From IMG/VR virus record IMGVR_UViG_3300037423_000584: a stretch of DNA of 64,000 nucleotides; one strand, written 5' to 3'. The DNA is from a virus. How positions within the stretch are numbered: position 1 is the stretch's first letter; every line of letters starts with the position of its first letter. Position numbers and translations under genes: made by a program. The notes below the pieces were generated by a model. It was not told the origin of the DNA. It worked only from the letters and a program-made list of their open reading frames with translations, and searched no databases. Shown here one piece after another: positions 1 through 9,539 of the stretch.

Positions 1-154
1 GGATGTTCGAAGCGAATCTTTCGAAATGACTCGTAATAGAACTTATAAGTCTTGGCTTGAACTAGACAAAGAAACTGCTGTCGATACGTTTGATCCTAAG
101 ATTCGCGAAATGCAAAAAGAATATATGGAGCGTGTTCTTCTGAACAACCAATAA
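1..154 (+). CDS. 3' end of an unidentified gene truncated by the window edge
   Basis: Frame is open from base 2 (DVRSESFEMTRN...VLLNNQ) to TAA at 152-154; the next ATG follows at 156. Confidence 0.6.
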   Translation, partial: DVRSESFEMTRNRTYKSWLELDKETAVDTFDPKIREMQKEYMERVLLNNQ

Positions 155-155
155 T

Positions 156-1253
156 ATGAAAGATTTAATTGAAAAAATTCATAGTTCGCCTTGGATGGGA
201 ACTATTATAATTACTGGTGGTGGTACTGGGGCCATCTCTGAACTTTTAAAGTACGGAGGTGGCTCTAAGACTTTAATAGAAGCTCTGGTCCCATATTCTA
301 TGGAATCTTGGAACTATCTTCTTGGTAAAAAGCCTGATAGCTATTGTTCTGAACATGCTGCACGACAATTAGCTTCTGTTGCATATCATAGGGCATTAAA
401 GGTTTCTCCGGGTCAAAAGAGATTTGGACTTGGTATTGCTGCTGCTCTTGCTAAGGATAATGAACGAGAAGGTCGTAAGCATCATATTCATATTGCTTGG
501 CAAACAGATGATTATACAAATGTCATTTCTTTTGAATTTGATGGTTCTTTAAATAGAGAACAAGAAGAAAATATTACGTCAGAATTAATCATAAAACAAC
601 TTTGCAGTATAACTTGTAATACTGGATATACGACACCAAATAGTATTTCTGTTACATATAGCAACAGCAAAGAAACTCATGAAGAGATAAAAGATCTTAT
701 TAATAATAAGAATTTTAGTATCTATAATCCTTTCGGTAGAAAGCCGACTAAGTGTATTTTCCCTGGCAGCTTTAATCCTATTCACGATGGTCATAAGAAA
801 ATGGCCGAAGTTGCTTGGAAAATACTTCAACAGCAGCCGACTTTTGAGTTGTCAGTAGTTAATGCCGATAAGCCACCTATTGATTTTATTGATCTTCATA
901 GTAGAATTGATAGGTTTGGGAATCAAGGATTGTTAAATTTAGTGCTTACCAATGCGGCCTTGTTTAAAGACAAGGCTTCTTTGTTTCCAGATAGCACTTT
1001 TGTTGTGGGCATAGATACTTTTGCAAGAATTATAGATGCTAAGTATTTTAATCTTGAAGACGTTTTAAATGCTTTTGAGATTAATAAGATTAAGTTCTTG
1101 GTTTTTGGAAGAATTAAAAATGGTATTTTCCTTGGAGAAAATTCAATCAAAATGCCAGAACACTCTTACTTAAACAAGAACAATATTATCTTTGTTCCAG
1201 AAGATCAATTTAGAATGGATATATCTTCTACTGAGATAAGAAAGAAAGATTAA
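156..1253 (+). CDS. CinA/PncC-like domain fused to a NadD-like nucleotidyltransferase (putative NMN/NaMN adenylyltransferase)
   Basis: C-terminal half has FPGSFNPIHDGH (HxGH motif), VGIDT and DISSTEIR; N-terminal TGGG...GGSKT...VPYS resembles the CinA C-terminal fold. Confidence 0.75.
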   Translation: MKDLIEKIHSSPWMGTIIITGGGTGAISELLKYGGGSKTLIEALVPYSMESWNYLLGKKPDSYCSEHAARQLASVAYHRALKVSPGQKRFGLGIAAALAKDNEREGRKHHIHIAWQTDDYTNVISFEFDGSLNREQEENITSELIIKQLCSITCNTGYTTPNSISVTYSNSKETHEEIKDLINNKNFSIYNPFGRKPTKCIFPGSFNPIHDGHKKMAEVAWKILQQQPTFELSVVNADKPPIDFIDLHSRIDRFGNQGLLNLVLTNAALFKDKASLFPDSTFVVGIDTFARIIDAKYFNLEDVLNAFEINKIKFLVFGRIKNGIFLGENSIKMPEHSYLNKNNIIFVPEDQFRMDISSTEIRKKD

Positions 1254-1576
1254 TGGAATTAATACTTTTAGCATCCCATATGTTTGGTGATTTTATTACT
1301 CAAACAGATTGGATGGCATCTAATAAGTTCATAAATTGGAAAGCACGACTGTTTCATGTAAGTGTTTATACTTTGGGATTTGTGCCGATTCCATTTATAG
1401 CACACATGAAACTTATAAGTGCTTTACTTTTTCTAGGACTAATATTCATAACGCATTTTATAACAGATTGTCGCAGATGGGTATCTGGAGAAAAATGGGC
1501 ACCAAAACCCATTGTTGTTGATCAGACAATACATGTTATTACTTTAGCTATATTAGCTTTGATATTTAAACTATGA
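1253..1576 (+). CDS. DUF3307-like membrane protein
   Basis: HxxGDFxxQ, HxxxY, HxxxD and DQxxH motifs with hydrophobic helices. Confidence 0.75.
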   Translation: MELILLASHMFGDFITQTDWMASNKFINWKARLFHVSVYTLGFVPIPFIAHMKLISALLFLGLIFITHFITDCRRWVSGEKWAPKPIVVDQTIHVITLAILALIFKL

Positions 1577-1896
1577 AACAAAAAAACAAAGAAGAAAAAC
1601 CTGTTTTAAAAGTTAGAGAAGAAAAGCGTTATTGTGTTAACTATAGTGATTTAGAAGATTTTGCTACAAAAATTTATAATCTCAAAGATTATTCTTTTGT
1701 TGCAATTGAAGAATGCGGAAATGATTCTAGTCATGATTTCGTTGTAAGTGACAAAATTAACAAACATGAACTAAAAGATGTAGAAGAAATTAAAAATGGT
1801 AATGTAAAAGAATACAGAAATAGATTACTTCTTGATCTTTTGTGCAAAGAAGGATACATTCCTCCGGGTAATTATACTATAAGCGTATGTTGGTAA
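1573..1896 (+). CDS. hypothetical phage protein
   Basis: Coupled ORF ending PPGNYTISVCW. Confidence 0.65.
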   Translation: MKQKNKEEKPVLKVREEKRYCVNYSDLEDFATKIYNLKDYSFVAIEECGNDSSHDFVVSDKINKHELKDVEEIKNGNVKEYRNRLLLDLLCKEGYIPPGNYTISVCW

Positions 1897-1900
1897 ATAT

Positions 1901-2251
1901 ATGTATTCAGATATATCAATTTTATTAGATAAAACAATAGTAAATATTAATGATAGCTCAGATGAAATTATATTTACACTAGATAATGGTGATAAATATA
2001 GAATGTATCATCAACAAGATTGCTGCGAACGTGTTTATGTAGAAGATGTTATCGGTAATTTTAGCGATCTTCTTAATAGTCCTATAACTAAAGCAGAAGA
2101 ATCTTCTAGTAGTTATAGTAGTGAAGATTCATATACTTGTGGAACTTGGACATTTTATCACCTTGCTACAGTCAATGGTTATGTAACTATCCGTTGGCTT
2201 GGCACTTCTAATGGATACTATTCTGAACGAGTGGATTTTGTAAAGATATGA
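1901..2251 (+). CDS. conserved hypothetical phage protein (HxQDCCE / SNGYYSE family)
   Basis: Motifs MYHQQDCCE, TWTFY and RWLGTSNGYYSE. Confidence 0.7.
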   Translation: MYSDISILLDKTIVNINDSSDEIIFTLDNGDKYRMYHQQDCCERVYVEDVIGNFSDLLNSPITKAEESSSSYSSEDSYTCGTWTFYHLATVNGYVTIRWLGTSNGYYSERVDFVKI

Positions 2252-2430
2252 TTACTCAACAACCCAACTTATCGGCTCCTATGGAAACTGCTGCTTTTAA
2301 GCAAGGTTATTTAGATAAAGCAGAAGGACGAGAATATAACAATACGCATCAACTTTATACGGAGGAATCAAGAGAATATAATAGAGGGTGGTCCTCTGCT
2401 ATAGTTTGTCTGGCTGGAAATAATAATTAA
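2248..2430 (+). CDS. small Rmf-like (ribosome modulation factor fold) protein
   Basis: AFKQGYLD..GR...EYNRGW pattern resembles the AxxxGY..G...W.xGW pattern of Rmf. Confidence 0.4.
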   Translation: MITQQPNLSAPMETAAFKQGYLDKAEGREYNNTHQLYTEESREYNRGWSSAIVCLAGNNN

Positions 2431-2516
2431 TTATGCCTTATAATGGATGGTATTTCGAAACTGAGTATTCTAATACGTTTGATACGACAATTAGTGGTTA
2501 TTGGGAGATTAAATCT

Positions 2517-3902
2517 ATGTCTATGTCTACAAGCAAGAAGTCCAATGGTGTTGTTTGCCGTTTCTGCCCTTCTAATACTGGTTGGTTACACTTGGGTTCT
2601 GCCCGTACTGCCCTTTATTCTTATGCTTATGCAAAGAAGATGGGCGGCAAGGTTATCCTTCGTATCGAGGATACCGATAAGGCTCGTTCTACTCATGAGT
2701 CTCTAGTTGACATTATGACCGGTCTTGATTGGCTTGGTCTTAAGTTTGACGATGGTCCTTCTCTTGAGGATGTTAAGAATAAGAACTATAAGAAGGATTA
2801 TTTCCAAAGTCAACGTACAGATATTTACAATAAGTATGTTGATAAGCTTCTTCAAGACGGAATGGCATACGAGCAAGACGGTGCCGTTATGTTTAAGATG
2901 AATAAGATAGATTATCAGGTAAATGATCTTATTCTTGGTCGTGTGAATTTCGATCGCGAAGAGTGTAAGGATTTCGCAATCCGTCGTGCCGATGGTGGTG
3001 TTCTGTTCCATCTTTGTGTTGTTATCGATGATGCTCTTTCTGGTGTTACGCATGTTATTCGTGCAAATGACCATTTGAGCAATACCCCTAAGCATATTGC
3101 ACTTTATAATGCTCTTAAATTTAAGGTTCCTCAATATGCTCATATGCCTCTTATTCTTGATGATAAGGGTGCAAAATTAAGCAAGCGTCGTGATGACCAG
3201 TTTGTTCTGATTAAGGATTATCGGGCAAATGGTTATCTTCCTGAGACTATTATTAATATTCTTGGGACTCTTGGTTGGTCTGCTCCTAATGGTGTAGATA
3301 AGTTTGATCTTGATTTCCTTTGCCAGAATTTCGATATTAAGCAATGTGGCAAGGCAAATGCTCGGTATGACCAGAAGAAGCTTCTTTCGTTTAATAGCCG
3401 AGATCTTGCTGCTATGAACTTCGATAAGTTCTGTGAGAAGGCTTATGAATATGGTCAAATATTCTATTCTGATTTTATTAACAAGTGTGGAACTAAGCAA
3501 CGCTTCAATGAAATCATGCTTGGGTATCATGGAAGAGTTAAGACCCTAAAGGATATATTTACCAATGCAAATGCTTTTGTCGATAATAATATTGAGTATG
3601 ATTCTGGTGCCGTCGAAAAGATCGTTACCACTGTTGAGGGAGCAATCGGAATCCTAGATGATATCAGAAATACTTTGGATAATCTGATGATCTGGAACAA
3701 AGATACGCTCAATAAGGTTGTAACTCAATTCTCTGTCGATAAGAAGTTGTCGATGAATAAAGTTGCCCAACCTATTCGTGTTGCTTTGTTTGGCAATACT
3801 GTTTCTCCTCCCATTGATACTACTCTTCTTATTCTTGGCAAGAAAGAGTCAATTAGACGTATCGATGCTTTTTTAGAGAAGTTTGCCTTGGTTAAGGCTT
3901 AA
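2517..3902 (+). CDS. gltX: glutamyl-tRNA synthetase (ORF open from 2433; probable start 2517)
   Basis: RFCPSNTGWLHLGSARTAL (HIGH), LRIEDTD, VIDD..GVTHVIR, KLSKR (KMSKS) and QPIRVALFG..SPPI; GGGAG lies about 10 nt before ATG 2517. Confidence 0.95.
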   Translation: MSMSTSKKSNGVVCRFCPSNTGWLHLGSARTALYSYAYAKKMGGKVILRIEDTDKARSTHESLVDIMTGLDWLGLKFDDGPSLEDVKNKNYKKDYFQSQRTDIYNKYVDKLLQDGMAYEQDGAVMFKMNKIDYQVNDLILGRVNFDREECKDFAIRRADGGVLFHLCVVIDDALSGVTHVIRANDHLSNTPKHIALYNALKFKVPQYAHMPLILDDKGAKLSKRRDDQFVLIKDYRANGYLPETIINILGTLGWSAPNGVDKFDLDFLCQNFDIKQCGKANARYDQKKLLSFNSRDLAAMNFDKFCEKAYEYGQIFYSDFINKCGTKQRFNEIMLGYHGRVKTLKDIFTNANAFVDNNIEYDSGAVEKIVTTVEGAIGILDDIRNTLDNLMIWNKDTLNKVVTQFSVDKKLSMNKVAQPIRVALFGNTVSPPIDTTLLILGKKESIRRIDAFLEKFALVKA

Positions 3903-3909
3903 TCTCTGT

Positions 3910-3970
3910 GCTTCCGGTAGCTTAATTGGTCAGAGCAAATGGGTGTGAGTTCGAATCTCACTCGGGAGCC
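3910..3970 (+). ncRNA. tRNA-like RNA lacking the anticodon arm
   Basis: Acceptor stem CTTCCGG/TCGGGAG, T8A9, D arm GCTT-AATTGGTCA-GAGC and T arm GTGAG-TTCGAAT-CTCAC; only 8 nt (AAATGGGT) separate the D and T arms. Confidence 0.75.
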
Positions 3971-3972
3971 TT

Positions 3973-4377
3973 ATGAAAATAATATGCACATTGTCTGATT
4001 GGAAAGAAACAACCGCTAAACGTGGTAAATATAAAGGAAAAATAGTTAGAACTAGAAAGGTTTTAGGACTAGATTCTTGGAATTGGGTTCTGGCAACTCA
4101 AACAAACTCAGAAAATGGTCCCATAAGTCAAGATAAGTTTTTCGGGAATATTAAAATGTTCCTTGAATTTTATCGTCCAAAGAGAGATTTGTTAGATTTT
4201 ATTATATACGAACTCGCAACTGGTTTAGATATTCAAATAGACACTTTGCCAGCAAGACCTTTGTCAAAAGATATGTCTGCCACTGGTAAATGGATAGATG
4301 ATAATTTTGATACTAGTCTTATGAAGAAAGATCCAACTAGGGTTTTCAAGAAAATCTTTGGTAATAAAAATGAATGA
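3973..4377 (+). CDS. hypothetical protein
   Basis: ORF in a coupled gene string. Confidence 0.6.
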   Translation: MKIICTLSDWKETTAKRGKYKGKIVRTRKVLGLDSWNWVLATQTNSENGPISQDKFFGNIKMFLEFYRPKRDLLDFIIYELATGLDIQIDTLPARPLSKDMSATGKWIDDNFDTSLMKKDPTRVFKKIFGNKNE

Positions 4378-4570
4378 AAATACAGAACTAATTAAAGAAG
4401 CTAGAAATAAAGCAACTGGTGCCGACATACATGATGTTTGTGGAGTTATAGGATTATATAGAGGATGGATTCATCTTAAAGATGAATTAAATGCAAAGAA
4501 ATGCGAAAAGACTCTACAATTATATATCAACGGTGTTAAACTAAAAGATGCGAAGAAGATGACAGAATGA
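4370..4570 (+). CDS. hypothetical protein
   Basis: ORF; ATG overlaps the end of the previous gene. Confidence 0.55.
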   Translation: MNENTELIKEARNKATGADIHDVCGVIGLYRGWIHLKDELNAKKCEKTLQLYINGVKLKDAKKMTE

Positions 4571-4992
4571 GTAAATTATTTTTACAATATACTGAATCAA
4601 GATCTGGCGGTGGAATTTCAGATGGACAAGAAGATGAAGATTGGCCAAGTCATGATCCTGAATATACTGAAATAGAACTTGGAAACTTACTTCTTACAGA
4701 AAGAATGACTCTTAATGGAGATTTTATTGAAGCAATTAATTTTGATCCAATAAAATATATTAATAAGCCATTATATATAATTCATGTAAGATATTCTACT
4801 GGAAATACATTTGGTAGATCAAATGGATGGTCAGCATTTCCAGGATGTTTTGCTTCTTTTGAAGAAGCTAGCGAATTAGAAAAACAAATTAGAAATAAAG
4901 AATATAGAGGATATTGTCCATGGGAAGGTTACTTTGAATATCTCGAAAGTGTAGATATTGTTGTTAAGCAACTATTAGACGGTAAAAAATAA
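4567..4992 (+). CDS. hypothetical phage protein, paralog of 12689..13129
   Basis: Shared L.Y.E N-terminus, VRYS..N.F....G, EAS....IR and PW motifs. Confidence 0.65.
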   Translation: MSKLFLQYTESRSGGGISDGQEDEDWPSHDPEYTEIELGNLLLTERMTLNGDFIEAINFDPIKYINKPLYIIHVRYSTGNTFGRSNGWSAFPGCFASFEEASELEKQIRNKEYRGYCPWEGYFEYLESVDIVVKQLLDGKK

Positions 4993-5162
4993 TGAAACCA
5001 TATGGATTAAAGCGATTTGAGTCTTATTTACTGCTAACAAATCTTGATGGATGCAAAGGTGATCAGAGCAGAAATATGGCCAAAGGTAGAAAAGAAGATA
5101 AGAAATTAATTCATAGACGCCAAAGAAGAACTACTAGGAAAGTAAATCCAGATTCTGAATAA
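4992..5162 (+). CDS. small basic hypothetical protein (not in the ORF track)
   Basis: TAATG overlap; MKPYGLKR...HRRQRR...DSE*. Confidence 0.5.
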   Translation: MKPYGLKRFESYLLLTNLDGCKGDQSRNMAKGRKEDKKLIHRRQRRTTRKVNPDSE

Positions 5163-5169
5163 GGAAATT

Positions 5170-6690
5170 ATGAAAGAAGCACTTACATTTGATGACGTTA
5201 CTATTGTTCCTAGATATACAGAAGTAGAATCAAGAGCAAATTGCGATACTTCTACTAGGCTTAGTAAAAATTATACTCTGTCTAATCCTATCATTTCTGC
5301 AAATATGGATACCGTGACAGAAGTTGACATGGCTTTTGAGCAATGGCGACTAGGTGGGATGGGATTCATTCATCGCTTTGGTCCAATAGAATGGCAAGCA
5401 AAACAAACAAGCGATCTATATTTCAAAATCAGAGATGAATTGCATAAACAAAATAAAAACTATACTGATGAAAATAATCTAAGAATAGGTGGTACAATTG
5501 GTGTTAGTGGCGATTATTTAGAAAGAGCACAAGAACTATATAACGAAGGTGCTACTGTATTTTTGATAGATATAGCAAATGGTCATAGTTTATTAATGAG
5601 AAATGCCATTGCTAATCTTAGATTAAAGTTTGGAGACGATGTAGATATTATTGCTGGCAATATTTGCACAGGTAAAGCAGCATTAGATCTTATGGATTGG
5701 GGTGCAGATGCAGTAAAAGTAGGAATTGGTGGTGGATGTTTTACACCAGAGATGCAAGTTAATACTTCTGCTGGCCTTAAGAATATATCTGATGTAGAAA
5801 TTGGTGATCAAGTATATACTCATACTGGTGTTCTAAAGTCAGTAATAGATAAGTTAACATTCGAGAAAGATGAAGATCTAATCGAAATCAATGGCATCCA
5901 ATGTACTCAAAATCACGAATTCTATGTGTTGCATCGAAGATATAGTGAAAAATTAGACGATCCATTGTTTGATCTAAATCAACACGCAGAATGGATTAGT
6001 GCTGGAAATCTTACAGTAGACTATCTTCTTCTCGAAAGACAAGATACTGAGGAAATTTCGTTTAAAGCAATCAAGATAGATTATATTAAACAATTTCATT
6101 ATATTGGCACTGTTTATGATCTAACTGTTCAAGATGACCATTCGTACAATATTAATAATATCATTGTTCATAATTCTGTGTGTGAAACACGTATTAGAAC
6201 AGGTATTGGAATTCCTCAGTTTACTGCAATTCAACAATGCGTTGAAGCTCTTAATACCAGAAAGAATCCAATTCCAATTATATCAGACGGTGGTATAAGA
6301 ACCCCAGCAGATGTTTGTAAAGCAATAGCCGCTGGTGCATCTTCTGTTATGATAGGATCACTTTTCGCTGCTACTGCCGAAACCCCTGGTTCTATTAAGA
6401 AAACTGGCAAATGGCCAAATGAACAATTGTTCAAAGAATATCGCGGTTCTGCATCCAGATCTTCTAAATTAGATAGAGGAGAAGCAGGTAAGAATGTAGA
6501 AGGTGCAGAAACGCTTATTTCTTATCGCGGAAAAGTAGAACGCATAGTTAATGATATTCTTGATGGTCTAAGATCTTCTATGAGTTATCTTGGTGCAAAG
6601 AATATCTTTGAAATGCAAGCAAATGCTGAATTTATGCGTATTACTGGTGCTGGTTTAATTGAAGCTCATCCTCATGCGTTAATAAAATGA
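5170..6690 (+). CDS. guaB: IMP dehydrogenase/GMP reductase family protein, no CBS domains, intein-containing
   Basis: [32 protein letters not shown]|SVCETR, SDGGI, MIGS, YRGSAS, VEG and GLRSSMSY; IMPDH versus GMPR cannot be settled by eye. Confidence 0.85.
   Translation: MKEALTFDDVTIVPRYTEVESRANCDTSTRLSKNYTLSNPIISANMDTVTEVDMAFEQWRLGGMGFIHRFGPIEWQAKQTSDLYFKIRDELHKQNKNYTDENNLRIGGTIGVSGDYLERAQELYNEGATVFLIDIANGHSLLMRNAIANLRLKFGDDVDIIAGNICTGKAALDLMDWGADAVKVGIGGGCFTPEMQVNTSAGLKNISDVEIGDQVYTHTGVLKSVIDKLTFEKDEDLIEINGIQCTQNHEFYVLHRRYSEKLDDPLFDLNQHAEWISAGNLTVDYLLLERQDTEEISFKAIKIDYIKQFHYIGTVYDLTVQDDHSYNINNIIVHNSVCETRIRTGIGIPQFTAIQQCVEALNTRKNPIPIISDGGIRTPADVCKAIAAGASSVMIGSLFAATAETPGSIKKTGKWPNEQLFKEYRGSASRSSKLDRGEAGKNVEGAETLISYRGKVERIVNDILDGLRSSMSYLGAKNIFEMQANAEFMRITGAGLIEAHPHALIK
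5737..6174 (+). mobile_element. mini-intein (146 aa, no homing endonuclease) in guaB
   Basis: Starts CFTPEMQV, has block B TQNH, block F VYDLTV and ends IVHN with Ser at +1; its removal restores GIGGGSVC. Confidence 0.92.
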
Positions 6691-7034
6691 AAATAGTAAT
6701 TAATAGATGTCATGGTGGTTTTGGAATATCTCATGAAGCAATATTAAAATATGCAGAATATAAAAATTTCAAACTCTTTTATGACAAATCAAAAGAAAAT
6801 TCTTGGTTTCTTGAATACTTTCTAGATGAAGAACAAACCAAACCATTTCGTTCTTATAATATACCAAGAAATGATCCTGATTTAATAAAAATTATAGAAC
6901 AACTTGGTGAAAAATCATTTGGATCTTGTGCCAAACTCAAGATTGTAGAAGTTCCAGATAAAACCAATTGGGAAATAGACGAATATAACGACGGATATGA
7001 ACGTGTAGTTCAAAATTATAATGAATGGGATTGA
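6687..7034 (+). CDS. conserved hypothetical phage protein
   Basis: [14 protein letters not shown]...RNDP.L...LKIVEVP...WEIDEY.DGYE. Confidence 0.7.
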   Translation: MKIVINRCHGGFGISHEAILKYAEYKNFKLFYDKSKENSWFLEYFLDEEQTKPFRSYNIPRNDPDLIKIIEQLGEKSFGSCAKLKIVEVPDKTNWEIDEYNDGYERVVQNYNEWD

Positions 7035-7037
7035 TAT

Positions 7038-7595
7038 ATGCCTATTTGCATAACTCTTACGAGCGATTTAAAAGTTCATAGCAGAGAGCGTCTTCCTAAA
7101 GGACAGAAGCCATTAAATGGTTTTCAGAGACAAAAAAATCATACATATGTAAAAATTCTAGGTGATCCTAGATGTGTTTCATTTGAAGAACGTCGTAGAG
7201 AGTTAGAACTACAGGAAAAATTTAAGCCTCAACCAAAGGTTGAAGAACAGTCTCCACCTCCATTACCTAGGCCATTTTTACCTGTGGGCAAACAAGTATA
7301 TGAAAATCCAATTCCTAATAAGCCACCACTGTTTGTTAAATCTCCTATAACAATGGAAAAAGATACACTTCTTTTTCATTTCTTTAGTGGATACAAGGAA
7401 ACGCGTGATTCTAATAAAATTGTTCTTTTTGGTCCAAAGCCAAGTGGAATGTTGGGTATTCCCGAATTGGATAATTTCACTGGTAATTGGCTAAAGAAAG
7501 TTGAGATATTATTAAAAGATAAATCTGCACGATTTTGGATTCATAACTCTACCTCTTCTCTTCCAGACCTAATTGTCACCGATATTTTGGAGTAA
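7038..7595 (+). CDS. hypothetical protein with a Pro-rich linker
   Basis: 185-aa ORF. Confidence 0.6.
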   Translation: MPICITLTSDLKVHSRERLPKGQKPLNGFQRQKNHTYVKILGDPRCVSFEERRRELELQEKFKPQPKVEEQSPPPLPRPFLPVGKQVYENPIPNKPPLFVKSPITMEKDTLLFHFFSGYKETRDSNKIVLFGPKPSGMLGIPELDNFTGNWLKKVEILLKDKSARFWIHNSTSSLPDLIVTDILE

Positions 7596-7601
7596 CTTCT
7601 T

Positions 7602-7868
7602 ATGACTATTGCACTTGAAGAAAAAATGTATTCTCGAACAAATATCGCAACTCCTATTTCAGATATTGAAGCTATTATCAAAAAGATAATTGATGTTTAT
7701 AGATCTGGAAATGTTGAACCAACAAGAGTAACAGATCAAGAATACGACGATCTTGAATTTATTACCGGTGGATACATCTATTCTAAGAATAATATGACTT
7801 ATAAACTTAAGAGAATTAGGTATCCGAAGTATTCGTTGGTATTTATTGGAAAATATTCGGATGAATAA
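7602..7868 (+). CDS. hypothetical protein
   Basis: ORF in a gene string. Confidence 0.55.
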   Translation: MTIALEEKMYSRTNIATPISDIEAIIKKIIDVYRSGNVEPTRVTDQEYDDLEFITGGYIYSKNNMTYKLKRIRYPKYSLVFIGKYSDE

Positions 7869-8250
7869 TGATCTTAGAGAAAAAATACTAGATTTAACTA
7901 AGAAATACATAGACCTCCCAAATGGGAAAAATAAACATTTCTCATTCATAATAAGAAGAAATAAAATCTTGTCGATAGGCTGGAATGATTATTTTAGAAC
8001 TCATCCTATTTGCAAGAAACTAGGCTATCGTTTCGATGCGATTCATAGCGAGACTTCTTCGGTCCTCAGATATCGTGGAGATACTGAGGATCTTCGTTTT
8101 TGTGAATTGGTTAATACTCGTATAAATAGCATGGGCAAGATTGGAATGGCATGTCCTTGTGATATTTGTAAGAAATTTATAATATCTACTGGTATTAGAC
8201 GAGTACATTATACTGATATAAATGGCCTTTGGCAAGAAATCCGTTTATGA
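7861..8250 (+). CDS. zinc-dependent deaminase-fold protein (CMP/dCMP deaminase-like)
   Basis: HFSFI..ILSIGWN, IHSE, PCDIC and GIRRVHY; ORF open from 7846. Confidence 0.8.
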   Translation: MNNDLREKILDLTKKYIDLPNGKNKHFSFIIRRNKILSIGWNDYFRTHPICKKLGYRFDAIHSETSSVLRYRGDTEDLRFCELVNTRINSMGKIGMACPCDICKKFIISTGIRRVHYTDINGLWQEIRL

Positions 8251-8927
8251 ATAGAAATCAGTTCATACAAGAAAAGTATAGAGATATAGTTAATCTTATA
8301 CGTTATAAAGTTCAAAGATCTAGTTATTCATATCTCAAAAATAGATGTGATGAAATAGCTTCTTTTGCTATAGAAGCATTTGAAGAATTTGATCCTTCTA
8401 AAATTGATGAGAAACATTTATTAGATTTTATTGCCAGTAGATCTATATGGAGATTTATAGATAGAGAACGCATCTTCTTACAAGGTAAAAAGAAACAAGT
8501 AAGAAAGATAATAAATAAAAGAAAGCGACTTTTCTTTATTAAGCATGGGTTTTGGCCATCAGAAAAAGAACTTATCTATGAATTAAAAAAGAAGAAGATA
8601 AAGAAACCCACGACATTTTATAGAAGATCTATAGTTGGTGGATTAGATATAAATTATATAGATCCAAGAGATAGATCTAAAAGATTTTGGATTACATTGG
8701 TATCAAAAGAAGATAATAATAAAGTAGAATGGGAAGATTTAAAACAATCTCTAGTATCTAATAATATAATTGCTAATGATATCATAAATAATAACTTGAT
8801 ACCCAAAGCACAAAATGATCCATATCTTAATTTTACAGATATAGCTAAGAGAAATAAAATTAGCAATACAAGAGTTTGTCAGATATTAAAAAAACAAGTA
8901 AGAGAATTGATAGAATCAAAGCTATGA
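8247..8927 (+). CDS. divergent sigma70-family (FliA/WhiG-like) RNA polymerase sigma factor
   Basis: AFEEFDPSK, FIASRSIWRFID (region 2-like), HGFWPSEKEL (region 3-like) and IAKRNKISNTRVCQI (region 4 HTH). Confidence 0.7.
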   Translation: MNRNQFIQEKYRDIVNLIRYKVQRSSYSYLKNRCDEIASFAIEAFEEFDPSKIDEKHLLDFIASRSIWRFIDRERIFLQGKKKQVRKIINKRKRLFFIKHGFWPSEKELIYELKKKKIKKPTTFYRRSIVGGLDINYIDPRDRSKRFWITLVSKEDNNKVEWEDLKQSLVSNNIIANDIINNNLIPKAQNDPYLNFTDIAKRNKISNTRVCQILKKQVRELIESKL

Positions 8928-9376
8928 TAAATATAGAAGATTTAAAAATCGGTGATAAAATAATAAAAAATAATCCTCGTAACACTTGGCGTATTCATAC
9001 CAATGTTATGCATGGAGATGCAGATAAATACGAAACAAGAATTCTTGATCTTCCAGATGAAGTAAATAGAGAATGGACACCTTCTGCAAAAGATTTGCCA
9101 ATATATATCGCTATACTAGATGCTCATCTTAAAGTGAAATATAATGACAGACGTGAGCATGAAGAAGTTCATAAGATAATCAAATCTCTTATTAAAAATC
9201 AAGAAGATGTAGATTATTGGTTGGATCGTTATAGTATATTAGTTCCAGGAGATTGTATATCTGATTATCAATATAAATCATCTATTCAAAAATTCTGGAT
9301 AACTAGATTCGGTATTCATGGCGATGAATATGAAGTAATATTGCCTAAGAATATTATGACCGAAGGTAAATATTAA
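8924..9376 (+). CDS. hypothetical protein
   Basis: ORF coupled by an ATGA overlap. Confidence 0.6.
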   Translation: MINIEDLKIGDKIIKNNPRNTWRIHTNVMHGDADKYETRILDLPDEVNREWTPSAKDLPIYIAILDAHLKVKYNDRREHEEVHKIIKSLIKNQEDVDYWLDRYSILVPGDCISDYQYKSSIQKFWITRFGIHGDEYEVILPKNIMTEGKY

Positions 9377-9539
9377 TGAAAATTATAACTATAGTATTAG
9401 CTTTTATTTCGTCTATTATTTCAATATGTGTTACATGTAATATTGATTTACATAGTAATGGAACAACATTTTATTGTTTAATTGGATTATTATCATCGGT
9501 TCTTTTTATATTGACTCCATTTTATTTTATAAATGATTT

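Noticed and set aside
2443-2706. Hydrophobic alternative-frame ORF over the gltX start
   Set aside because: Its L/I/V richness is the expected shadow of T-ending codons in the main frame; there is no independent evidence.
3910-3970. Canonical decoding tRNA (e.g. tRNA-Glu) after gltX
   Set aside because: No anticodon stem-loop can be formed; it is reported instead as a tRNA-like RNA.
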